A DNA stretch of 64,000 nucleotides from an uncultured beta proteobacterium (GTDB lineage Bacteria; Pseudomonadota; Gammaproteobacteria; Burkholderiales; Burkholderiaceae_C). The position numbers and the translations under genes were made by a program. Each line of letters begins with the position of its first letter. The first letter of the stretch is position 1. Of the stretch, positions 30,104-39,991 are shown piece by piece. The DNA lies in the NCBI GenBank assembly GCA_963840805.1, contig CAWJAJ010000016.1, positions 290,609-354,608 on the forward strand, given 5' to 3'. The notes below the pieces were generated by a model. The model saw nothing but the letters and a program-made list of their open reading frames with translations, was not told where the DNA came from and did not search any database.

Positions 30104-30178
30104 CCCCCACGCTCACTTTCGTTCGCTGCCCCCCGTGGGGGCGCAGGCCTCCCTTGGGGCGGCCCGGCGGGAGGCCTG
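30104..30178. repeat. REP-like palindromic intergenic repeat (same family as 61290-61358 and 63201-63360, opposite orientation)
   Basis: CCCCCACGCTCACTTTCGTTCGCTGCCCCCCGTGGGGGCGCAGGCCTCCCTTGGGGCGGCCCGGCGGGAGGCC aligns with the reverse complement of the 63.2-kb units. It fills the aroE-like/acyl-CoA dehydrogenase spacer. Confidence 0.7.
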
Positions 30179-30180
30179 TG

Positions 30181-31368
30181 ATGCACTTCAGCCTCAGCGA
30201 CGAACAGAAGATGATCATCGACACGGTGCGTCGATTCATCAAGGAAGAGCTCGAGCCGCTCGAAGACGAGGTCGAGGACAGCGGCCGGCTCGACGTGGCC
30301 AAGGCGCAAGCCGTCCACGCGCACGCGAAGTCGCTCGGGCTGTACGCACTGAACATGCCGGCCGAACTCGGCGGCGGCGGTCTCAGCGTGGTCGACCGCA
30401 TGTTGTGCGAAGAGCAGTTCGGCCACACCACCGACATCCTGATCCGCCGCGCCTTCGGCAACGTCTACGAGCCCCTGCTCGAATGCAAGGGCGCGCAGAT
30501 CGAGCGCTGGCTGAAGCCGAGCGTGCGCGGCGAGCGCACCTGCGCCATCGCCATCACCGAGCCCGGCGCCGGCTCCGACGCGCAGGGCATCAAGACCCAC
30601 GCGAAGAAGACCGAAACCGGCTGGGTGCTCAACGGCAGCAAGCATTTCATCAGCGACGGCGAGTGGAGCGACTTCTTCCTCGTCTCGGCCAAGACCGGCA
30701 CCGCCACCGAAGGGGGCGCCCGTGGCGCCGGACAGATCTCGATGTTCATGGTCGACAAGGGCCTGCCCGGCTTCACCGTCGGCAAGGACCAGAAGATGAT
30801 GGGCATCCGCGGCACGCCGCACGTCGAGCTGTTCTTCGACAACGTGCCGCTCGAACCGCTGGCGCTGCTCGGCGAGGAAGGCCAGGGCTTCAAGCTGGCG
30901 ATGGGCGCCCTCAACGTCGTGCGCCTGGGCCAGGTCGGCGCGCGCGCGGTCGGCAAGGCCACGCACGTGCTCGAACTGATGACGGCCTACGCCAACGAGC
31001 GCAAGCAGTTCGGCAAGCCGATCGGCGACTTCCAGATGGTGCAGCAGATGCTGGCCGACAGCGTCATCGAGATCAACGCCGCGCGCCTGATGGTGCTGCA
31101 CGCCGCCTGGATGCTCGATGCCGGCCTGGATGCCCGCGACCACATCGCGATGGTCAAGGTGCACGCCGCCGAAACGCTGGGCCGCGTGGTCGACCGCGGC
31201 GTGCAGGTGTTCGGCGGCATGGGCTTCTGCAAGGAGCTGCCGATCGAGCGCTACTACCGCGATGCGCGCATCTACCGCATCTTCGACGGCACCTCCGAGA
31301 TCCACCGCACGGTGATCGCGCGCAGCGTGATGAAGAAGGGCGCTGCACTCTTCGACCTGCATCGATGA
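30181..31368 (+). CDS. Acyl-CoA dehydrogenase
   Basis: 395 aa, intact. ..AITEPGAGSD.., ..YRDARIYRIFDGTSEIHR.. Confidence 0.9.
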   Translation: MHFSLSDEQKMIIDTVRRFIKEELEPLEDEVEDSGRLDVAKAQAVHAHAKSLGLYALNMPAELGGGGLSVVDRMLCEEQFGHTTDILIRRAFGNVYEPLLECKGAQIERWLKPSVRGERTCAIAITEPGAGSDAQGIKTHAKKTETGWVLNGSKHFISDGEWSDFFLVSAKTGTATEGGARGAGQISMFMVDKGLPGFTVGKDQKMMGIRGTPHVELFFDNVPLEPLALLGEEGQGFKLAMGALNVVRLGQVGARAVGKATHVLELMTAYANERKQFGKPIGDFQMVQQMLADSVIEINAARLMVLHAAWMLDAGLDARDHIAMVKVHAAETLGRVVDRGVQVFGGMGFCKELPIERYYRDARIYRIFDGTSEIHRTVIARSVMKKGAALFDLHR

Positions 31369-32946
31369 AATCGAAATTCGTCTCTGCCGACGAGGCCGCC
31401 GCCCTCGTCAATGACGGCGACACGCTGGCCCTGATGGGCGGCGGCGGCGGCCTGATGGAAGCCACCGGCCTGTTCCAGGCCATCGAGCGCCGCTTCCTCG
31501 GCACGCAGCGGCCGCGCGATCTGACGCTGGTGCACGCGCTGGGCATCGGCGACAAGAAGACGCGCGGCATGAACTGCTTCGCCTACGAAGGCCTGGTCAA
31601 GCGCGTGATCGGCGGGCACTGGCCCTGGTCGCCGCGCATGCAGCAGCTGGCGCTGGAGGACAAGATCGAGGCCTACATCCTGCCCGGCGGCGTGTCGTCC
31701 CAGCTGCTGCGCGAGATCGGCGGCGGCCGGCCGGGCCTGTTCACGCACGTCGGGCTGGGCACGGTGTGCGACCCGCGCCTGGGCGGCGGGCGCATGAACG
31801 CCCGCGCGAAGGACGACCTGGCCGAGGTCGTCACGGTCGACGGCCGCGAATTCCTGCGCTACAAGCCCTACGCGGTGAACGTGGCCCTGGTGCGCGCTTC
31901 GGCGGCCGACGAGGACGGCAACATCAGCTTCGAGCACGAGGCGGCCAATCTCGATGCCACCGCCATCGCGCTGGCCGCACGCACCAGCCGCGGCAAGGTG
32001 ATCGTGCAGGTCAAGGAGCGGCTGCCGCGTGGGGCGCTGAAGGCGCGCGAAGTGCGCATCCCTGCCGCCTGGGTGGACGCCATCGTCGTCGATCCCGGCC
32101 AGCGCACCAGCTACGACATCCCCTTCGACGCCACGCTGTCGGGCGAGTTGACGGGGCCGCAGCGCTTCGCGGCCGACGTGCACGGCGCGCCGGACGACGA
32201 GCCGTTCAACGAGCGTCAGGCCGTGGCGCGGCGCGCGGCCTGCGAGCTGTTCGAGGGCGCCGTCGTCAACTACGGTGTCGGCGTGCCGGATGCGGTGGCC
32301 AAGCTGGTGGCGCGGCGCGGCGAGCTCGACCGCATCTACCAGACCATCGAACATGGCACCTATGGCGGCAGCCTGCTCGATGGCGTGCTGTTCGGCTACG
32401 CGAGCAACGCCAGCGCGATGCTCGACGCACCGACGCAATTCGACTTCTACGCCGGCGGCGGCCTCGACCTGGCCTTCCTCGGCTTCGGCGAGTTCGACGC
32501 CGAGGGCAACGTCAACGTGTCCCGGCTCGGCGGCCTGACGGTCGGGCCGGGCGGCTTCATCGACATCGCGCAGAACGCGCGCAAGGTCGTGTTCTGCGGC
32601 ACCTTCGCCGCCAAGGGCGTGAAGCTCGAAACCGGCGACGGCACGCTGCGGGTACTGAAGCAAGGCGCCGTGCGCAAGCTGGTGCCGCGGGTCGAGCAGA
32701 TCACCTTCAGCGGGCCGCAGGCGCTGCGGCGCGGCCAGCGCGCGCTGTACCTGACCGAGCGCGCGAGCTTCCGGCTCACGCCGCAAGGCATGGAACTGTT
32801 CGAGATCGCCCCCGGCATCGACCTGCAGCGCGACGTGCTCGACCAGATGGACTTCGTGCCGCGGCTGGCACCGACGCATCGCCGTGATGCCGGCGTCGCA
32901 CTTCCGTCGCGACGACGACCGGCTCGGCGCCCTGGCCACGCGATGA
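31365..32946 (+). pseudogene. Acyl-CoA:acetate/3-ketoacid CoA-transferase (YdiF-like), one frame shift near 32872
   Basis: ATGA overlap with the acyl-CoA dehydrogenase stop. MKSKFVSADEAAALVNDGDTLALMGGGGG... The last ~25 codons (RIAVMPASHFRRDDDRLGALATR*) are in another frame and end in an ATGA overlap with the next gene. Confidence 0.8.
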
Positions 32947-33826
32947 AGGCCCTGATCACCGGCGGCGGGTTCCTCGGCCGGCGCCTCGCGCATGCGCTGC
33001 GCGCACGGGCCATCGCGGTCCGGATCCTGGACGTGGCGCCGGCACCCGAGGCCATCGAGGCTGCCGGCATCGAGTGGCAGCAGGGCGATGTGTCCACGCC
33101 CGACGACGTGTCGCGCGCCTTGCGCGGCTGCAGCCAGGTCGTGCACCTGGCTGCGCTGCTGACGCCCGCCTGCGCCGCGCAGCCGCTGCGCGGCGCGCAG
33201 GTCAATCTGCTCGGCACGCTGAACGTGTTCGAAGCGGCGCGTGGCGCCGGCCTCGGGCACGTGGTCTATGCCAGCAGCGCCGGCGTCTACGGGCCCGACG
33301 ACGCCACGCAACCGCGGCCGACCACGCTGTACGGCACCTGGAAGCTCGCCGCCGAAGGCATCGCGCGGGCCTACTGGGCCGACCACGGCATCGGCAGCGT
33401 CGGCCTGCGGCCCTTCGTCGTCTACGGCGCCGGGCGCGAGGTCGGCCTCTCGAGCGGCCCGAGCCTGGCCTGCCGCGCCGCCGCGCGCGGCGAGGCCTAC
33501 ACGATCCCGTTCACCGGACGCACCGGTCTGGTCTACGTCGACGATGTCGTGCGCGCCTTCGCCGCGGCGCTGACACCGGCGCAAGGTGGCGCCTTCGCCT
33601 TCGACCTGCCCGGCGTGGTCGCATCGATGGACCAGCTGATCGCCGAGATCCGCCGGCAGGTGCCCGCGGCCCGCATCGACGCGAAGGGCCCGCCGCTGCC
33701 GATCGCCGCCGACATCGCGATGCCGGACACGAGCGCCGTGCTCGGCAGCGCAACCCGATCACCCCGCTCGCCGACGGCGTCGCCGCCACGCTGGCGGCCT
33801 GCCGAACGAACGGCCCGACCGCCTAG
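32943..33826 (+). pseudogene. NAD-dependent epimerase/dehydratase family protein, one frame shift near 33750
   Basis: MKALITGGGFLGRRL (GxxGxxG), YGTWK (YxxxK). The C-terminal tail RNPITPLADGVAATLAACRTNGPTA* is in a different frame. Confidence 0.8.
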
Positions 33827-33834
33827 GAATCGCC

Positions 33835-34449
33835 ATGCCCATCGTCCACGAACTCACCACGCTGGAGATCAAGGTCTTCAGCAACGCCAATGTTTATGCC
33901 GCGCTCGAGAAGAGCCTGCCGGCCGCCGGCGGCAAGCTGCTCGGTGCCTTCGCGTCCGACATCGGCGAGTTGAGCCGTGTGTTGGTGCTGCGCGAGTTCG
34001 CCAGTGCCGATGAGCTGGCCGACGCGCGCCTGGCGATGCTGATGGCAGACAACCCGCTCGGCGTCGGCGAGTGGCTGGTCAAGCTGCAAAGCGAGAGCTA
34101 TGCGCTGTTCCCGTTCCTGCCGCCGGTGCAGACCGGCGCGGTCGGCAAGTGGTACGAGTTCCGCACCTACAGCATCCGCCAGGGCGTGCTGGCGCAGACC
34201 ATCGACGCCTGGCGGGACGCCGTGCCGAAGCGCACCGTGCTGTCGCCGATGATCGGCGCGTTCACCGCGCTCGACGGCGAGCAGCCGCGCTTCCTCAACA
34301 TCTGGGCCTACCAGAGCGTCGACGAGCGCGCGCGGATTCGCGCCGAGGCCGTCAAGCTGGGCGTCTGGCCGCCGCAGGGCGGGCCGGCGAACCTGACGAA
34401 GATGACCTCGACCTTGTGCGCGCCGGTGCCGTTCTCGCCCATGAAGTAG
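33835..34449 (+). CDS. NIPSNAP family protein (two tandem NIPSNAP-like halves)
   Basis: 204 aa. ..LRVLVLREFASADE.. and ..YEFRTYSIRQG..FLNIWAYQSVDERARIR.. Confidence 0.75.
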   Translation: MPIVHELTTLEIKVFSNANVYAALEKSLPAAGGKLLGAFASDIGELSRVLVLREFASADELADARLAMLMADNPLGVGEWLVKLQSESYALFPFLPPVQTGAVGKWYEFRTYSIRQGVLAQTIDAWRDAVPKRTVLSPMIGAFTALDGEQPRFLNIWAYQSVDERARIRAEAVKLGVWPPQGGPANLTKMTSTLCAPVPFSPMK

Positions 34450-34537
34450 CGCTGTCGCCTGTCCGGGGCCGGCGATGCTGCGCCAGAATGACCGGTCCGC
34501 CAACTCCCGACCGCGGCACGAGACGCGGGCACCTGCC

Positions 34538-35606
34538 ATGCCGACCACCACCGCCCCGCGCCGTCCGCTGCACATCGGCATCCTCGGCTGCGCCAACATC
34601 GCCAAGCAGTTTTCGCGCGACGTGGCGCCGAGCCCGGCGGTGCGCATCGTCGCGGTGGCCAGCCGCAACGCCGACACGGCAGCGGCCTTCGCCGCGGCGC
34701 AAGGCATCGGCCGCCATCACGGCAGCTACGAGGCCCTGCTGGCCGACGCCGACGTCGATGCCATCTACCTGCCGCTGCCCAACAGCCTGCACGCCGAGTG
34801 GGCGATCAAGGCCGCCGCGAGCGGCAAGCATGTGCTGTGCGAGAAGCCGCTGGCGCTCGGCCACGCCGAGGCGCAAGGCGATGTTCGACGCCGCGCGGCG
34901 CCATCGCGTGATGCTGCTCGAGGCCTACCCGTACTACTTCCAGCCGCAGACCGGCGCGCTGGTGGCGCTGTTGAACGAAGGCGCCATCGGCACGGTGCGC
35001 TCGATGCAGTCGTGCTTCGGCTTCACGGTGTCCAACCCGCAAGCCAACATCCGCATGAAGCCCGAACTCGGCGGCGGTGCGCTGCTCGACGCCGGCAGTT
35101 ATGCGCTGAGCGTGATCCGGCTGGTGATGGGCTGCGCGCCGCAGCGCGTGCGGGCCGATGCCACCTGGGCCGACAGCGGCGTGGACATCAGCCTGATGGC
35201 GACGCTGTACTTTGCCGACGGCCGCCGCGCGCAGCTGTCGTGCGCGATGGATGCGGCCAACCACCGCCGCGCCACCATCGTCGGCAGCGCCGGCACGATC
35301 GAGACCGAATACTTGAACCACACCGGCGCGCTGGCCGGCGGCCGACCGGACAACGCCTACGGCTACCTGCCCAGCCAGTTGCGCGTGCGCCGCGGCACCG
35401 CCAACACGATCCCGTTCGAGGACATCCAATGCGGCAGCGGCAGCGGCTTTCGCTTCGCGGCCGAGGCCTTTGCCCGGGTGGTCGCCGAAGCGGACTTCGC
35501 GGCCATCGAGCGCGCGGCGCAGGCCAGCCTGGACATCGCCGCCACGCTGGAGGCGCTGGCGCGCAGCGCGCGGCTCGGGCATGCGGTGGACGTGGCGGCC
35601 GACTGA
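34538..35606 (+). pseudogene. Gfo/Idh/MocA family oxidoreductase (second copy), one frame shift near 34870
   Basis: LHIGILGCANIAKQF.., HVLCEKPLAL, then the frame switches to ..MFDAARRHRVMLLEAYPYYFQP... Confidence 0.8.
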
Positions 35607-35816
35607 CGCGGTTTCGTCTTCGAACAGGGGCGCTCAGGTGTCCCAAAACCCTTGACAGTAGCGGCCGGTGAATGGGCACGGTGATCGGGCTGCCGCGCGG
35701 CCAGCTCACACTGACCCGGCGCGCCGCAGTGCGGGCATTGAGCATTCGCAATCGGCGTAGGAGCGCCGCTGCAATGATCCCTGAACCGGGCGACCGGCGG
35801 TGTCAGCGGGGCGGAA

Positions 35817-36818
35817 ATGAAGATGCATGCAGGATGCGAGCGCGGAAGACTGGCCGCGGCGGCGCTTGCAGTGGCGGGTTTGCTGGTGGCCGGCTGCGGC
35901 ACGACACCGGGCAGAGACAAACCGCTCGAAGCCATCTTTGAGGCCGTGGCCTCTCCCGACGGCAGGCTGATTGCCGCATCGACGATCTATGACGAGGTGG
36001 CCCTGTTCGATCGCGCGCCGCTCAGGTTCGCAGCGATGCTCTCGCGGGAGACCGACCGGCACGAGTGGCGTGCGAAAGATCCACAGAAGAGACCGTTTCC
36101 CCACTTCTCGAGCCCCCTGCTGGCGTTCACGCCCGATGGAACGACGCTCGTGGCCGCCGGGATTGCGGGGCGACTCGTGGCCTGGGACCTGACCTCGCGC
36201 ACGGAGAAGTACCGCGTCGAGGTGGGCGACGGCGTGCTCGCGATGGCGGTCACGCCCAACGGGCTGGAGATCGTGACCGCTGGACCGGACACGGTTGTCT
36301 GGAGCGCGAAGAATGGTTCGCGGACGGGGCAGCTCACGCTTCCAGCCGGCACGCAGGCCATGTCAGTCGCGGTCTCTCCCGATGGACGGGTCGCGCTGGT
36401 CGGGCTCTCTGACGGGCGCATCGCAGTGTTCGAAGTGGCGTCCCGGCAACTGCTGCGGACGCTGCCGGGGCACTCGATGCCGGTGTATGGCGTGGCCTTC
36501 TCGCCCGACGGGTCGATGTTTGCGAGCACTGCGGGGCAGTACGACCCACGGGTCTGGAAGGCCGACCCGATGGGCGAGTTCACGACCGGCGAACGGGCTG
36601 CGGCACCGGCCGCGGCCGGCGAGGGTTGTTGCTCCGGTGCGAATGCTGGCAAGGAGCACTTGGCCACGACCGTGCCACTCAGACGGACTTGCGTTCGATC
36701 GCAATGGGTCGTCCGCCTGCGCGTGCCGAGGCAGTGGCGGTTTGCACCCGGCGTTGGCGCCGACCGAAATCAATTGGCGACGACGCGGAGCAGCAGCCAC
36801 ACCGGCAGGCCGAGGTAG
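35817..36818 (+). CDS. WD40/beta-propeller-repeat lipoprotein; 3' end uncertain
   Basis: Lipobox LLVAGCG. Repeated ..SPDG..L(V/I)A.. blades (VASPDGRLIAAS, AFTPDGTTLVAAG, AVTPNGLEIVTAG, AVSPDGRVALVG, AFSPDGSMFAST). The last ~60 codons look non-protein-like and overlap the convergent gene. Confidence 0.6.
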   Translation: MKMHAGCERGRLAAAALAVAGLLVAGCGTTPGRDKPLEAIFEAVASPDGRLIAASTIYDEVALFDRAPLRFAAMLSRETDRHEWRAKDPQKRPFPHFSSPLLAFTPDGTTLVAAGIAGRLVAWDLTSRTEKYRVEVGDGVLAMAVTPNGLEIVTAGPDTVVWSAKNGSRTGQLTLPAGTQAMSVAVSPDGRVALVGLSDGRIAVFEVASRQLLRTLPGHSMPVYGVAFSPDGSMFASTAGQYDPRVWKADPMGEFTTGERAAAPAAAGEGCCSGANAGKEHLATTVPLRRTCVRSQWVVRLRVPRQWRFAPGVGADRNQLATTRSSSHTGRPR

Positions 36819-39199
36819 AGCGCCGCGAGGCCGAGGCGCTCGAGCCAGCGCCGGGTGCCAATGGCCTGTCCGGGGCGCAGCAGCACCGCCACCAGCGTGC
36901 CGGCTTCGATCGCCGCGCGCAACGCCGCGGCGCACAGCACGACGCCGATCGCCCAGGCGGCCCACCAGAGCGCAAAGGTCGTGAGGTAAGCCAACAGGCC
37001 GAACGTGTAGTACTCGCCAAAGGCGCTGCCGTACGCGATGTGCTGGTGCAGGCGGAACGCCGGAATTGCGAGCGCGAACGGGAACAGGACGAATTTCGCG
37101 AGCGGTTGGTCAAGGCGCCCGCGCCGGATGGCCTGCCGGGCTTGCGCATACGTCGTCGCGCGCGAGGGCGTGCTTGCCTGCGCCGCGGCGCCACCGGCCG
37201 CGGCCAGCGCCCGGGCCAAGGCCGTGGGATCGGCGTGAGCGAGCCCGTACCGCCAGCGCTCGCCGGAGGCCAGCCGCAGCCAGGCGCCGGGGCCGGGGAT
37301 GGGCACGCGCCACGGCTCGACGGCGACGATGTCCCGCACCGCGAGTTCGAGACGCCGCGCGCCGCGTGTGAGCACGAGCGCGCCATTTTCGATGGAGGCC
37401 CGCGCGGCAAAGGCGAGCAGCACGCACCACGCGGCGGCCTCGGGGGCCAGAAAGAGGGCGGCGAAAGTGCGTATTTGGACGAGCGTGTTCGACTGCAAGG
37501 AACCATCGCCTCGCAGTGCCGCCGCGGCCATCCAGAGCAGGCTGCCGCGCGCGAAGGCACGCAGCAGGCCTGCAGCGAGGCGGGCGGCGGGCGGCAGCAC
37601 GGCGACGTCGGCAGGGACGCCTGCGGCAACGACCGATGCCGACGCTTCTTCCGCGTTTCGAGTGCGCCACATGCGCAACGCCGCCGTCGCAGCCAGCAGC
37701 ACGAGGAACGCCGTGCCGGCGCGCCCGACCCAATCGCCCCAGGCCACCATCAGCGTGCGCGGCGGCTCCTGCACCGGTACCTCCCCGACCACCAGCGTGC
37801 GTTCGCCCATGCGCGTCGCGGCGATCACGCTGCCGGTCGCATCGATCACGGCGCTGTAGCCGTTCGTGGTGACGCGGAATTGGGGCAGGCGCGTTTCGAT
37901 GCTGCGGAACGCCGCCGCGGCCTGGTGCAGTTCAGCACCCTGCGGGTCGGCGGTGAACCAGGAGTCGTTCGACAGGGTCAGGATGGCCTGCCCGCCCAGC
38001 CGGGCCCCGTCGATGACGAGGCCGGTATCCATGTCGTCGAGGCAGATCAACGGAATCACCGGGATCTCGCGGCCGTCTGCGAGGCGCAGCGGGAACACGC
38101 GCGCGCCGGTGCCCGGCCGCCAGGTGCCGGCCCACGGCAGCCAACGCCGGAGCGTCGGCCCGTCGAGCCACGCGGGCACATGCTCGGTGAGCGGGAAGAC
38201 GCGCGTCTTGCGATAGAAGCCGAGCAGGCCCGTGCCGGGCGCCACGAACGCGGCGGCGTTGTATTCGCCGGCCGCATCGCGGTCGTAGGTGCCGAACACG
38301 AACGGCACCGCGGCGGCATTGACGATGCCCAGGATCTCGCGGTCGAGTTCGGCGCCGGCCTCGCTCTTGGGCTGGCCGAAGGTGGTGGGGTACACCGTCT
38401 CCGACCACAGCACTGCGTCCGCGTGCTGCCGCTCGACGGCGTCGTAGCTCATCGCGTAGTGCGTGTCGAGCACTTCGCGAACGACCGCGCCGGCGCCCTT
38501 CTCCCGGCGCAGGCGCTCGTAGTCGACGATGTTCGACTGCACCAGTCCCATGCGCAGGGGCTTGCCGCCCGGCGCGGGCGTGGCTGAGAGCACGGCGAGG
38601 CCGTAACCCGCCAGCAGCAGGGGCACCAGCGCGGCAAGCGCCAGCGGCGTCGCCATCGCGCGGACGCCGTCAGCCCGTCGCGCGAGCGCCGCCGAGATGC
38701 CTTCGTTGGCCAGCAGCAGCAGGACCGTGAGGCCCGCCGCGCCGCCGACATCGGCGGCCTGGCGCAGCAGTCGAGACGGATAGAGCCCGTAGCCGAGCGT
38801 GTCGCCGAGGAGCCTGGGCACGAGCCATTCCGTCGCGACCCATGCCGCGGCGCCGGCGAGCGCGCGCAGCACGGTGCCGTGCCGTTGGCCGGTGACGTGG
38901 CGCACCAGCGCGAAGGCGAGGAATTGCGGCTGGAACAGCGGCGCGGCAAGGAGCAGTACCGCCAGGCCTGCGGCAGTGCCGAGCTGCGTGTAACTGCCGA
39001 TCGCGGTGCCGAACCAGGCGAAGACCGCCGCCGTGTAGGCGACCGACATCGCGCAGGCGCTGAGGAGCGTGCCCGCGAGCGTTCGGTTCGCGTCGAGTGT
39101 GCGCAACCACGGCACGAGGGCTACGAAGCCGAGCAGCCAGCCGGCGCCGCCGCGGGCGTACAGGAACGACAGGAACGCGCTGGCGAGAATGCCAGCCAA
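36770..39199 (-). CDS. Apolipoprotein N-acyltransferase (Lnt)-like CN-hydrolase membrane protein with a ~295-aa C-terminal multi-TM extension
   Basis: Multi-TM N-terminal domain. CN-hydrolase triad candidates are VLWSETV (Glu), FYRKTRVFPLTEHVP (Lys) and IPLICLDD (Cys). A canonical terminal TM is followed by 295 further residues. Start uncertain (TTG 39199 or CTG 39241). Confidence 0.7.
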   Translation of the reverse strand: MAGILASAFLSFLYARGGAGWLLGFVALVPWLRTLDANRTLAGTLLSACAMSVAYTAAVFAWFGTAIGSYTQLGTAAGLAVLLLAAPLFQPQFLAFALVRHVTGQRHGTVLRALAGAAAWVATEWLVPRLLGDTLGYGLYPSRLLRQAADVGGAAGLTVLLLLANEGISAALARRADGVRAMATPLALAALVPLLLAGYGLAVLSATPAPGGKPLRMGLVQSNIVDYERLRREKGAGAVVREVLDTHYAMSYDAVERQHADAVLWSETVYPTTFGQPKSEAGAELDREILGIVNAAAVPFVFGTYDRDAAGEYNAAAFVAPGTGLLGFYRKTRVFPLTEHVPAWLDGPTLRRWLPWAGTWRPGTGARVFPLRLADGREIPVIPLICLDDMDTGLVIDGARLGGQAILTLSNDSWFTADPQGAELHQAAAAFRSIETRLPQFRVTTNGYSAVIDATGSVIAATRMGERTLVVGEVPVQEPPRTLMVAWGDWVGRAGTAFLVLLAATAALRMWRTRNAEEASASVVAAGVPADVAVLPPAARLAAGLLRAFARGSLLWMAAAALRGDGSLQSNTLVQIRTFAALFLAPEAAAWCVLLAFAARASIENGALVLTRGARRLELAVRDIVAVEPWRVPIPGPGAWLRLASGERWRYGLAHADPTALARALAAAGGAAAQASTPSRATTYAQARQAIRRGRLDQPLAKFVLFPFALAIPAFRLHQHIAYGSAFGEYYTFGLLAYLTTFALWWAAWAIGVVLCAAALRAAIEAGTLVAVLLRPGQAIGTRRWLERLGLAALYLGLPVWLLLRVVAN

Positions 39200-39237
39200 C
39201 AGCCGACCGCCGCGCAGAGGAAATGACGCGGTGGTGG

Positions 39238-39973
39238 TCAGCTCCCGGGTCTCCCCGGTTCGGTCGGCGCAGGGATCACGATGCGTCGGATCGGCAAGCC
39301 GGGCGGGGCGAGCTCCGGCGGCACGACGCGGTCCTTCGGGATCGCGATCGGTTGGTTGGCGGCGTCGAAGAATTGGTGGTCCGGGCGAGTACATCAGGAT
39401 CGGCTCGATGCGCTGGCCGTCGTCGGTCGCCTGGTAATGACGGACGTAGCCTTCGGGGAGCACGAAATCCTCGGGCACCGCGAGCCCGACCAGGGGCGGG
39501 CGGGTGCCGGGCGGTGAGAAGGCGCCGAGGCCGGAATGGACGCCGGCCTGGTGCAGGCGCTCGATCACCTCGGCCATCGTCGGTCGCTCGCCCTTGTTGA
39601 CGAAGTCGGAGATGTCAGGCGTCAAGTCGCCGTCCGGGTCGCGCGTGCGCGATATCTGCTGCGTCGCGGCAGGAGCCGGACCGCTCGCTGCAGCCACTGG
39701 CCGTGCCGGGGCGGCGGGAGCCGCGCTGCTCGCCGCGGCCGCTGCGCTTACCGGCGCGGCGGCCGTCGCACTGCTCGCCGCGACCGCCAACGTTGCCTGG
39801 GTTGCGGTGTCGTCGGCGACCGACACCGGCGTCCGGGACGACAACAATCCATAGGCGAGGCCGCCTGCGACGATCGCCAGCGCGATGGCGAGGTAGCCCA
39901 GAGACGGGCGCCACGGCCGACTTCCGGCGACCGGATCGGTCGGCGTCGGGCCAGAACGACGCGGCCCGTCCAT
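39238..39973 (-). pseudogene. Hypothetical membrane-anchored (N-in, single TM) protein with an Ala/Pro-rich linker; one extra base near 39385 fuses it to the downstream gene in the ORF track
   Basis: MDGPRR..LGYLAIALAIVAGGLAYGLL (TM). Globular part is DISDFVNKGERPTMAEVIERLHQAGV... Removing one G restores ..MYSPDHQFFDAANQPIAIPKDRVVPPELAPPGLPIRRIVIPAPTEPGRPGS*. Confidence 0.6.
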
Positions 39974-39991
39974 GGAATGGCCTGCCGTGCC

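Noticed and set aside
30135-34013. 1292-aa ORF in the track that would be a giant multi-domain protein
   Set aside because: Its first ~410 codons are an out-of-frame read-through of the acyl-CoA dehydrogenase gene (Arg/Ala/Gly-rich nonsense typical of GC-rich DNA). The rest concatenates the CoA-transferase and the epimerase because indels removed their stops. ATGA overlaps at 31365 and 32943 mark the true gene boundaries.
36770-39973. 1067-aa ORF as a single protein (anchor protein fused to Lnt)
   Set aside because: Removing one extra G near 39385 restores a conserved-looking tail and a TGA at 39238-39240, so the upstream third is a separate gene. The downstream C-terminal extension of Lnt was kept as a finding, not rejected.
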